DNA of 64,000 nt from Verrucomicrobiia bacterium (GTDB lineage Bacteria > Verrucomicrobiota > Verrucomicrobiia > Opitutales > Opitutaceae). Below are positions 55,940 to 64,000 of this stretch, one piece after another; the first letter of the stretch is position 1, and each line of letters opens with the position of its first letter. The notes under the pieces are model-generated. The model ran no database searches, had not been told where the DNA came from, and saw only the letters and a program-made list of their open reading frames with translations. A program made the position numbers and the translations under genes. The stretch lies in assembly GCA_011525695.1 (NCBI GenBank), contig WYBX01000051.1, positions 4,691 to 68,690 of the forward strand, read 5' to 3'.

Positions 55940-58078
55940 TCATGGCAGCGCAAACGCCACGTAACGATCCGACTTCCCGGTGCCGAGCTTCGTGCCGCCC
56001 GCCGCGACGACGATGTACTGTTTCCCGCCAACTGCATAGGTGCTCGGGGTTGCAAACCCCGGCGCGGGCAGTTCGGCTTCCCAGAGCACCCTGCCGGTGT
56101 CGCGATCGAAGGCGCGGAGTTTAGCATCCTTCGTCGCTGCGATGAACACCAGCCCGCCCGCCGTCACGATCGGGCCGCCGTAGTTTTCCGTTCCCGTCGG
56201 AGGGATCCCCTCCGCGGTCAGTTCCGGGTATTCGCCGAGTACGACCTGCCACCGCTGCTCTCCGGTCGAGAGGTCGATCGCCGTGAGCGTGCCCCAGGGC
56301 GGCGAGATGGCCGGGTAACCCCTGCTGTCGATGAATCGCTGGTAGCCATTCAGCCGGTAAGGCGACTGTGCCACGGCGATCGAGGCCCGACTTGCCGGTG
56401 CCCCGGCGATCGGCGCGGCCGGCGGCGTCTCGGTCTTCTCGACTCCAAGCAGGAAATCCAGCACCGCCTCGCGGTCCGAAGCCGGCAACGCCGGAAAGCC
56501 TGGCATCATGCCTTTGCCCGTGACAATGAGCTGCGCGATCTCCTCGCGCGACTTGCGCGCGCCCACGTCGGTGAGCGGCGGCAGGTTGGCCGCCGGATTG
56601 CCCTGCCGCTCGATGCCGTGGCAGGCGGCGCAGACCGTGGCATACGTGCGCTGGCCGGGGCTCAGGTGGGCGAGTTCGTCGGCTTTCGGCGTTTCGCGCA
56701 GTCGCGCGATCCAGGCCATTTCGTTGGCGTTCACGTAGAGCACGCCCTGCGGATCGACCGCGGCGCCGCCCCACTCCGCTCCACCGTCGAAACCCGGGAA
56801 GAGCACCGTGTCGTGCAATCCGAACGGCTCGAACGCTCCGTGTCGCGCCCCGCGGAAGCGGGCGAGGAGCGCGTCGCGGTTTTCCGCATACGGGTTGATG
56901 TCGGCCTCCGACAGGGTCTGCCGCGAAAACGGCTTCGGCTGCACCGGGAACGGCTGCGTCGGCCACGACACCTCGCCTGGCAGGTCCGATTTCGGCACCG
57001 GCCGTTCCTCGATTGGAAACAGCGGCTCGCCGGTTTCGCGGTGGAAGACGAAAACGTGGCCCGTCTTGGTGGTCTGCGCCACGGCGTCGATGCTGCGGCC
57101 GCCGCGGCGCACCGTCGTCAGCACCGGCGGCGACGGCAGATCGCGGTCCCAGAGATCATGATGCACAAACTGGAAATGCCACCGTCGCCTGCCCGTGCGT
57201 GCGTCGAGCGCGAGCAGGGAGTTGGCGAAGAGGTTGCTGCCCTTGCGCGCGCCGCCCCAGAAATCCGGCGCTGCCGAACCGGTCGGGGCGAACAGGATCC
57301 CGCGCGTGCGGTCGACGGCCATGCCGGCCCAGCTGTTCGCTCCGCCGACATCGTGGTTCCGATGCGATTCGGCCGACCAGGTGTCGTGCCCGAACTCGCC
57401 GGGCGGGGGAATCGTCCGAAACACCCACGTCAGCACTCCGGTGCGCACGTTGAACGCCTGCAGGTAACCCGCGGCCGCATCCGCCGACTCCGAAAGCCGC
57501 AGCGGCATGATGATCAAATCCTCGAACACCGCGCCCGGCGTCGTGGAAATCACGTATTTCTCGGTCGCCGTAGGGCCGAGCCCGGCTTTCAGGCTGACCC
57601 GGCCATCCTGGCCAAAGCCCGCCGCCGGCCGGCCGGTGCCCGCGTCGACGCAATACAGCCAGCCGGCCGCGGTGAACAACAGCCGGCGATCGTCACCGCT
57701 TTCCCAGTACGAAACGCCGCGGAGGATCCGATAACTCCGGCGCCTGCCGTCGGGCTGCGAAGATGCGCCCTCACGCCAGCGCCAGCGTGGCTTGCCGCTC
57801 GCCGCATCGAGCGCGAAAATGTCGCCGGCCGCCGTGACGCCATAGAGCGTGCCGCCGATGATCAGCGGATTGCACTGCATTTCGCCGACGTCGCCCGTCT
57901 GAAACTCCCAGGCCAGCTGCAGTTTCCCAACGTTCGAGCGGTCGATTTGGGTGAGGAGGGAATAGTGCGTGCGGCCCGCATCGCCGAGATACTCGCTCCA
58001 GTCGGTATCCGGCGCATCGCCGGCGGCGAGCACGGCGGGAATCAGCAGCAGGGGAAGGCAGCGACTCACCAGGAGCAT
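55940..58078 (-). CDS. PQQ-dependent dehydrogenase beta-propeller with inserted cytochrome c domain
   Basis: The signal is MLLVSRCLPLLLIPAVLAAG. PQQ-propeller blade patterns are present. A c-type heme domain (TVCAACHGIERQG...GKGMMPGF) is inserted before the last blades. The family-typical C-terminus YIVVAAGG...YVAFALP is present. Confidence 0.85.
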   Translation of the reverse strand: MLLVSRCLPLLLIPAVLAAGDAPDTDWSEYLGDAGRTHYSLLTQIDRSNVGKLQLAWEFQTGDVGEMQCNPLIIGGTLYGVTAAGDIFALDAASGKPRWRWREGASSQPDGRRRSYRILRGVSYWESGDDRRLLFTAAGWLYCVDAGTGRPAAGFGQDGRVSLKAGLGPTATEKYVISTTPGAVFEDLIIMPLRLSESADAAAGYLQAFNVRTGVLTWVFRTIPPPGEFGHDTWSAESHRNHDVGGANSWAGMAVDRTRGILFAPTGSAAPDFWGGARKGSNLFANSLLALDARTGRRRWHFQFVHHDLWDRDLPSPPVLTTVRRGGRSIDAVAQTTKTGHVFVFHRETGEPLFPIEERPVPKSDLPGEVSWPTQPFPVQPKPFSRQTLSEADINPYAENRDALLARFRGARHGAFEPFGLHDTVLFPGFDGGAEWGGAAVDPQGVLYVNANEMAWIARLRETPKADELAHLSPGQRTYATVCAACHGIERQGNPAANLPPLTDVGARKSREEIAQLIVTGKGMMPGFPALPASDREAVLDFLLGVEKTETPPAAPIAGAPASRASIAVAQSPYRLNGYQRFIDSRGYPAISPPWGTLTAIDLSTGEQRWQVVLGEYPELTAEGIPPTGTENYGGPIVTAGGLVFIAATKDAKLRAFDRDTGRVLWEAELPAPGFATPSTYAVGGKQYIVVAAGGTKLGTGKSDRYVAFALP

Positions 58079-58336
58079 GGGGTTCGGTGATACGGGCGGG
58101 GATTATGCCCGCGGCAACACAAAATGCGCATCTCTCGGCTATCCATGCCGAGTGAGCTGCGGCTGGAGCAGGAAGCGCAGGGAGAATGATGGCAGGGTCG
58201 GACGCCGCGCCCGATCAAGCCTGCTTCCCGCGAACGGAATTTGCGGTCTCCGTGCCCGTGAACAAGCACCGCGGGCAATTCCGCGGCTCACCGACGGGTT
58301 GACGCACGACCGCGGCTCGCCTCCGCTAGGCTCCTC

Positions 58337-59644
58337 ATGCCCTCCCTAGCCGAGCAACTGGTCCAGTGGCGCCGCGATTTCCACGCGTATCCGGAACTGG
58401 GTTTTTGCGAGTACCGCACCGCCGCCAGCATTTGTGACGTGCTGAGCGGCTTGCCCGGCTGCACGCTGCGACTGGGACCGGCGGCGCTTTCGGCCGACGG
58501 GATGATGGCGGCGCCCTCGCCGGACGAGGCGGCCGCCGCGCGGGCCGAGGCGCTCGCCGCCGGCGCGGATTCCCGCTGGGTCGAACAAATGGGCAACGGG
58601 CTCACCGGCGTCATCGCCGAGTGGGTTTTCCCCCGGCCGGGCCCGACGGTGGCGTTCCGTGTCGACATCGATGCGCTGCCGGTGACGGAAACTGCCGCCG
58701 ATGCCCACGCGCCCGTCCGCGCGGGATTCGCCTCTCTCCAGCCGGGACGGATGCACGCCTGCGGCCATGACGGCCACACTGCCATCGGTCTCGGCCTGGC
58801 CTCGCTCGTTGCGGCGCGCTCGGCGCGCGAGAACTGGGGCGGCCGGCTCCGGCTTATTTTCCAGCCGGCGGAGGAGGGGTGCTCTGGCGCGGCGCCCATG
58901 CTCGCCGCTGGCGCGGTCGACGGTGTCGACTACTTCATTGCCGGCCATCTCGGCGTCTCCGCCGTCGAGGACGGGCTCGTGAGCTGTGGCACCGACAGTT
59001 TCCTGGCGACCACGAAGATGGACGTGATCCTGCGCGGCGTGGCCGCGCATGCCGGCATCAAGCCGCACGAGGGCCGCAATGCCCTGCTCGCCGCGGCGGC
59101 GCTCACCCTGCAGCTTCACGCGATTTCCCGCCACGGTGCCGGGGACTCCCGGATCAACGTCGGTGTGATGCGCGCCGGAAGCGGCCGCAACGTGATTGCC
59201 GATCGCGCCGAGCTCGAACTCGAGGTCCGCGGCACGACCACTGCGGTGAATGCGTTCATGACCGCCGAGGCGCACCGGATGATCAACGCGATTGCGCAGG
59301 CGCACGGCGTGACGGCCGAGGAACGGCTGATCGGCGTGGCGGAGAGCGCCACCTGCGACGCGCCCCTCAAGCGGATCGTGCGTGCAGCGGCCGAATCGCT
59401 GCCGCAGACCCGCCGGGTGGTCGATTCGCTGCCGCTCGGCGCAAGCGAGGATGCCACGTGCTTCATGAATGCCGTGCAGGCCCGCGGCGGCCAGGCGACG
59501 TATGTCCAGATCGGATCCCGGCTCGCCGCCGGCCACCACCATCCGGCCTTCGATTTCAACGAGGCAGCCCTCGTCCACGGCGCAGAGCTCTATGCTGCAA
59601 TCGCCGGACGGCTGCTCGGCCCGCGGGGCACCGGATCGCACTGA
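58337..59644 (+). CDS. M20D-family amidohydrolase (AbgA / hippurate hydrolase-like)
   Basis: The motifs WRRDFHAYPELGF, MHACGHDGH and IFQPAEEG are present on an M20 dimerisation-domain architecture. Confidence 0.85.
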   Translation: MPSLAEQLVQWRRDFHAYPELGFCEYRTAASICDVLSGLPGCTLRLGPAALSADGMMAAPSPDEAAAARAEALAAGADSRWVEQMGNGLTGVIAEWVFPRPGPTVAFRVDIDALPVTETAADAHAPVRAGFASLQPGRMHACGHDGHTAIGLGLASLVAARSARENWGGRLRLIFQPAEEGCSGAAPMLAAGAVDGVDYFIAGHLGVSAVEDGLVSCGTDSFLATTKMDVILRGVAAHAGIKPHEGRNALLAAAALTLQLHAISRHGAGDSRINVGVMRAGSGRNVIADRAELELEVRGTTTAVNAFMTAEAHRMINAIAQAHGVTAEERLIGVAESATCDAPLKRIVRAAAESLPQTRRVVDSLPLGASEDATCFMNAVQARGGQATYVQIGSRLAAGHHHPAFDFNEAALVHGAELYAAIAGRLLGPRGTGSH

Positions 59645-59730
59645 TGCCCTCTTCCTGACTGCGCGGAGAGCGACCGTTGGTGGGATGGAACGCGTTGACG
59701 CGACCAGTTTGATTTCCGTTTATCGAGTCC

Positions 59731-61266
59731 ATGCTGAAAGTAACCCCCGCGGCGGACGGCAAGGGCGTGACCGATAGCAACGGGCGGCAGCCCAGCGAAC
59801 CGGTGAGCCGGAAGCCGGACGGTTTCCGTTTGAACTGGCGTGCCGCGGGCCCGCTGGTGGTCGGCGGAGTCATAGCACTGCTGCCGGTGCCTCCGGGACT
59901 CGAACCGCACGCATGGTACTATTTTGCGGTCTTTGTGACCGTCATCCTGGCGTTGGTCACCGAGCCGCTGCCGCCGGGGGTCACGGGCCTTGCGGGCGTC
60001 ACGGTGGTCGGGTTGCTGGGCCTGCCCTTCACGGCGGCGCAGCTGGCCGATCCGGAGTTTCGCGCGCCGGCGGAGGCCATTCGCTGGGCACTCTCGGGAT
60101 TTTCGAGCACATCGATCTGGCTGATCTTCGGCGCGTTCATGTTCGCGACGGGTTATGAAAAGACGGGGCTGGGCCGCCGGCTTGCGCTCGTGCTGGTGAA
60201 GGCGCTGGGCCGCCGGACGCTCGGGCTGGGCTACGCAATCATGCTGGCGGATCTGATCCTGGCACCCTTCACGCCCTCGAATACCGGGCGGAGCGCCGGC
60301 ACGATCTTCCCGGTGATTCGAAACATCCCGGGGCTCTACGGGCCAATCGACGACGAGCAGGTGCGGCGAGTGGGCGCCTACCTGATGTGGGTGGCGTTCG
60401 CCACGACCTGCGTCACCAGCTCGATGTTCATCACGGCCCTTGGACCCAACCTGCTGGCGATCGAATTCATCCGGCGAGGGGGCGGCGTGGAGATTTCATG
60501 GACCCAATGGTTCTTCGCCTTCCTGCCCGTCGGGGCCGTGCTGATCGCCGTGCTGCCTTGGGTTGCGTATCGGGTCTGCCCTCCCGGAATCCGGAAGGGG
60601 ATGGAGGTCGTGACCTGGGCCGGGCAGGAACTGGGGCGAATGGGCCGAATGAAGCCCAGGGAATGGGTGATGGCGTTTCTGGTGGTCGCCGCAGTCGGGC
60701 TCTGGATTTTTGGCGGCCGGTTCATCGATCCCACCCTCGTGGTGCTCACTGCGATCACCACGATGCTCTTGACCCGGATCATGACCTGGGACGACCTCGT
60801 GGGCAACAAGGCGGCGTGGAACGTCCTGTTCTGGTTCGCGACGCTGGTCGTCCTGGCCGACGGGCTCAACAAGGTGGGGTTTGCCGGCTGGATGGGTCGC
60901 GCGGCGTCCGAGATGCTGGCCGGCCATTCTCCGCTGATCGTGATGACGGCGCTGGTCGTGGTGTTCTTTGCGATGCACTACATGTTTGCGAGCATCACGG
61001 CGCACACGATGGCGGTGTTCCCGGTGTTTTACGCCGTCGGCACGGCGGTGCCGGGCGTTTCGCCGGTGACGTTCGGGCTGCTTCTCGGCTTCACGCTCGG
61101 CATCATGGGCGTACTCACGCCGTATGCCACGGGACCGGCGCCGGTGTATTATGGCAGCGGATTCATCCGGCCGCGCGACTTCTGGCGGCTGGGCTTGATC
61201 TTCGGGGCGATCTTCCTTGCCGCCCTGCTGCTGATCGGCGTCCCGACCCTCACGCGTGGCATGTGA
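59731..61266 (+). CDS. DASS-family anion (di/tricarboxylate or similar) permease
   Basis: This is a polytopic membrane protein with the DASS-like pattern, including the SNTGRS hairpin motif (PFTPSNTGRSAGTIFPV). It lies 86 nt downstream of the M20 gene on the same strand. Confidence 0.8.
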   Translation: MLKVTPAADGKGVTDSNGRQPSEPVSRKPDGFRLNWRAAGPLVVGGVIALLPVPPGLEPHAWYYFAVFVTVILALVTEPLPPGVTGLAGVTVVGLLGLPFTAAQLADPEFRAPAEAIRWALSGFSSTSIWLIFGAFMFATGYEKTGLGRRLALVLVKALGRRTLGLGYAIMLADLILAPFTPSNTGRSAGTIFPVIRNIPGLYGPIDDEQVRRVGAYLMWVAFATTCVTSSMFITALGPNLLAIEFIRRGGGVEISWTQWFFAFLPVGAVLIAVLPWVAYRVCPPGIRKGMEVVTWAGQELGRMGRMKPREWVMAFLVVAAVGLWIFGGRFIDPTLVVLTAITTMLLTRIMTWDDLVGNKAAWNVLFWFATLVVLADGLNKVGFAGWMGRAASEMLAGHSPLIVMTALVVVFFAMHYMFASITAHTMAVFPVFYAVGTAVPGVSPVTFGLLLGFTLGIMGVLTPYATGPAPVYYGSGFIRPRDFWRLGLIFGAIFLAALLLIGVPTLTRGM

Positions 61267-61361
61267 AAGCAGGGCGGCGGAGGCGCCCGGTCACGTGCGC
61301 CGGGAATGCGCCGGGGCGCTGCCTGCTGCAGCGTGCGCCGCGCATGACCGGAGTGCGGCTC

Positions 61362-62978
61362 TCACCCCAGTTTTCCCCGGATGATCGTGTGGCCGATCGT
61401 GTTCAGCAGCCCGCTGATCCGGCGCAGCGCGTTGAAGACATCGAGGAAGCTGGTGCTGGCCTGCTGCACGCGCACGTCTCCGCCCGACAACCGCTGATAG
61501 TGCTGCCGCTGGGCCTCGATGCACCAGTTCTTGAGTTCCTCCCCCTCCTGCTGGAAGCGGCGGGCCAGGATCGGATCGCGATTGGTCAAGACGAGGATGG
61601 CCAGTTCGAAGCGACGGGTCACGCGACGCTCGAGATCGGTGAGTGAAGCGAGGTCATCGGGCGGCATTGCCTCGGCGGGGGGCTCGCCCTTCAGCACCTC
61701 GCGGGCAATTGACTTCTCGATCACATCGGCGATGGCCTCCAGCTGGCTGGCAAAGTGCAACAGCCCGAAATGCAGCTGGCCGTCGCGTTCGCTCATGGCG
61801 TCTGTTGGGATCTGGCTCAAGTAGTGCTTGATGGCGGCATGATGGGTGTCGACGTTGTCGTCGTTCTGCTGCACTTGGCGCGCGAGGGCACGATCATGTC
61901 CGGTATAGGCGCGCCAGGCGGCGGCAAACATGGCTTTGACCTCCTCGGCGAGCTGAAGCGTTTCCCGGGAGGCGTTGGCCAGCGCGAACAGCGGGCTGGA
62001 AAGCGCGTTCGGATCGAGATGAGTGCCCGCATGGAGCAGTTCATCGCCTCCTCCCGGCGGGGCGGGAACGGCCTTTACGACCAGCCGTCCGATCAGGCCG
62101 GCAAACGCGGCTCCCAGGACGGCCACCATGACATTGAAGCCCGTATGAACATTTGCCGCCAGATGGGGTACATCCAGCGGAAGGAGCGACAGTGCCCGCC
62201 AGATCGGATCGAATGCGAAGAGCATGGCCGCCACGACCGTGCCCTTGAGCACGAGGTTGGCCACGGCAAGCTGGCGTCCGGCGATGGTGGGCCAGCCGGC
62301 GATGATCGACGTGAAACCGAGGCCCAGATTTGCTCCGAGCACGACGGCCAGCGCCGTGGCCGTGGTCCCAATTCCGCCTTCTGCCAGGCCGATGGCCAGC
62401 CCGATGGTCGCCGTGGAGCTTTGGGTCAGGAGCGTCAAAACGGCGGCGAAGATGATGAGAATCCCGGGGTGGTTTTCCAGGAGGGCGAGTACGGTCGCGA
62501 TGTCGGGATTCGCCGTGAGCCGCATTGCCGCATCGCTGATGATCCGCATGCCCAGGAAGACGAATCCGAGTGCCAGGAGCGATTGACCCACGCCCCGTGC
62601 CGCGTCGGAACGAAGCCACAGAAAGCCCGCCGTGCCGGCGATGAGGAACAGCGAATACCAGTCAAAGAGACGGAAAGCCAGCAGCTGGACGGTGACGGTG
62701 ATCCCGACACTGGAACCGAGGAGAAACATCAGCATCCGGTCGGGCGGCAGTTTGCCTCGGTCGAGCAGTTGCAGGGCGAGGAGGGTCTGGGCAGTTGATG
62801 ACGGGGCCACAGCGCCGAATGCCATGCCGGCAGCGGTGGTGGCGGGACGCGAACGGCGGGTCATTCCCTCGACCCATGCGTGCAGCCGATGGCCAAAGAT
62901 GCGATCGAAGCCCTTACGCAGAAATCGAATGGCAAAGAGAATCAGCGCCACGCCACCGACGATCGACAGCATGTTCAT
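61362..62978 (-). CDS. Na+/phosphate cotransporter family protein with PhoU-like C-terminal domain
   Basis: The N-terminus MNMLSIVGGVALILFAIRFLRKGFDRIFG and the duplicated Na/Pi-cotransporter repeats are present. The helical PhoU-like tail includes HHAAIKHYL. Confidence 0.9.
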   Translation of the reverse strand: MNMLSIVGGVALILFAIRFLRKGFDRIFGHRLHAWVEGMTRRSRPATTAAGMAFGAVAPSSTAQTLLALQLLDRGKLPPDRMLMFLLGSSVGITVTVQLLAFRLFDWYSLFLIAGTAGFLWLRSDAARGVGQSLLALGFVFLGMRIISDAAMRLTANPDIATVLALLENHPGILIIFAAVLTLLTQSSTATIGLAIGLAEGGIGTTATALAVVLGANLGLGFTSIIAGWPTIAGRQLAVANLVLKGTVVAAMLFAFDPIWRALSLLPLDVPHLAANVHTGFNVMVAVLGAAFAGLIGRLVVKAVPAPPGGGDELLHAGTHLDPNALSSPLFALANASRETLQLAEEVKAMFAAAWRAYTGHDRALARQVQQNDDNVDTHHAAIKHYLSQIPTDAMSERDGQLHFGLLHFASQLEAIADVIEKSIAREVLKGEPPAEAMPPDDLASLTDLERRVTRRFELAILVLTNRDPILARRFQQEGEELKNWCIEAQRQHYQRLSGGDVRVQQASTSFLDVFNALRRISGLLNTIGHTIIRGKLG

Positions 62979-63217
62979 CAGTGGGCGTACCCAGAGGCGT
63001 GGTGCGGGCGGTGTTTATTCTGGCGGGCTCGGCGGCCAACACCGGCACCGATCAAAGGCATGATTGCCATGGATGGCATGAAGTTGGGGACAGCGTCCGC
63101 CAAAATCAATCCGGCAACGGCCCGGTCGTCGCGCTTACGGGGGCACCACCCCCATGCGCGTTCGTGCCGCTGGCGCAACCCAGGCAGCCAGCGGCACGGA
63201 AAGAAAGATGGCTCGAC

Positions 63218-64000
63218 TCAGCGGGCGTTCTTGCGGCGGGCGATGACCAACATGCCGAGCAACGCGGCGCCGAGCAGCGCGACGGTGGAAGAAGTCTCGG
63301 GGACCGTCGTCTGGTTCGCAGCAGACGTCCAGATATTCTCCCAGAGCGCGCGGTTGCGGGCGTCGCTCCAGCCATAGCTATTGTCCCAGAAATTGATGTC
63401 AGTGGCGATCAGCACGTCGCTCGAGCGGCCGGCGCCGGCATCGAACACGCCAAGGATCGTGCGGCCGGCATCATCCTGAGCGAGCACCTCGAAATCCCCG
63501 GGTGCGGAAGTAATCACGCTATGTGCCGACCCAATGAATCCGTTGACCACATTCGGATCGGTCACCCACTCCGAGGAGCCAACGGTGACATGGCCAACGT
63601 CGTTGCCATAGGTGCCTCCGTGCGCGATGCCCCAATTCGAAAGAATTGTGTTGGCCGCCGAGGTCCACGGGCCGACTGCCCAGTCGGTTTGGATGAAGAG
63701 AAAGCCGCCCTGGACGTCCACGAAGTCCTGGAACGAACTGACTTCAGCGGCGGAAACGCTGCTAATCAGCCCGGTATAGAATGCGTCGACTCCGCTCAGG
63801 AAAGTGGAATCGACATTGTTCGTGGAGACCAGCGTATGACCCTGGTCGACGAGCCACTGGCGGGCGTTGCTGAGGTACGGTCCGCCCCCGGAAAATCCAT
63901 ATTGTTCGCGGGTGGCGTCATAGTAGCCAATGGTGATGGCGGACAGCTGCGAGCAGAGCGCGAGCGCCGCAATGGCGAGACCGGACTTCTTGAGGTGTTT
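63218..64000 (-). CDS. PEP-CTERM sorting-domain protein (5' end just outside or at window edge)
   Basis: The frame is open from 63218 to the window end. The last window codons read KHLKKSGLAIAALALCSQLSA (signal peptide). The C-terminus is VPETSSTVALLGAALLGMLVIARRKNAR. The track lists only 63218..63721, from an internal GTG. Confidence 0.8.
   Translation of the reverse strand, partial: KHLKKSGLAIAALALCSQLSAITIGYYDATREQYGFSGGGPYLSNARQWLVDQGHTLVSTNNVDSTFLSGVDAFYTGLISSVSAAEVSSFQDFVDVQGGFLFIQTDWAVGPWTSAANTILSNWGIAHGGTYGNDVGHVTVGSSEWVTDPNVVNGFIGSAHSVITSAPGDFEVLAQDDAGRTILGVFDAGAGRSSDVLIATDINFWDNSYGWSDARNRALWENIWTSAANQTTVPETSSTVALLGAALLGMLVIARRKNAR

Noticed and set aside
55940-55942. The TGA at the end of the PQQ dehydrogenase read as a selenocysteine or programmed read-through codon
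   Set aside because: I could not find a convincing SECIS-like hairpin in the ~40 nt downstream. The dehydrogenase already ends with its family-typical C-terminus, and the in-frame continuation has a one-in-three chance of occurring by accident.

Overview
The window is a visibly GC-rich (roughly two-thirds G+C by eye) chromosomal segment. The gene content points to the PVC superphylum, most likely Verrucomicrobiota of the Opitutaceae type. The markers are giant autotransporter-associated beta-strand-repeat proteins with PEP-CTERM anchors, a PSCyt/DUF1549/DUF1553 + DUF1501 pair, a PVC-type heme-binding CxxCH protein and TAT-exported Gfo/Idh/MocA oxidoreductases. All homology calls come from reading motifs in the supplied translations; no database was searched.

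Layout:
- 0-2.2 kb: glucarate dehydratase and an SDR.
- 2.4-15.6 kb: two divergently transcribed giant paralogous PEP-CTERM surface proteins (about 1.83k and 2.49k aa).
- 15.7-19.1 kb: an octaheme cytochrome c/HEAT/TPR protein translationally coupled to galM.
- 19.3-20.1 kb: two small genes (DUF2934, glutaredoxin-like).
- 20.2-34.3 kb: an aromatic amino-acid / acetoacetate / acyl-CoA cluster (phhA, LuxR-type regulator, hppD, hmgA, flavin reductase, thiolase, AMP-forming CoA ligase, FadB-like). It ends in a single 1046-aa polypeptide fusing E1-alpha, E1-beta, a lipoyl domain and an E2 catalytic domain.
- 34.4-48.5 kb: PVC-typical periplasmic redox and unknown-function genes with GntR/LacI-type and ROK-like genes.
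- 48.5-51.0 kb: a gene-poor, apparently decayed stretch. It holds an orphan PaaX-like regulator bracketed by three copies of a 37-bp element built on a perfect 16-bp palindrome, plus gene fragments.
- 51-64 kb: pepF, a metallophosphoesterase/beta-propeller fusion, a PQQ dehydrogenase with an inserted cytochrome c, an M20 amidohydrolase, a DASS permease, a Na/Pi cotransporter and a partial PEP-CTERM protein.

I found no rRNA, tRNA, CRISPR array, intact transposase or recognisable phage or defence genes. The most unusual items are the PaaX-like/palindrome-repeat module, the E1ab-lipoyl-E2 fusion, and a 36-nt AT-rich palindrome centred on a stop codon. Many long antisense 'shadow' ORFs in the track are artefacts of the GC content and are not reported as genes.
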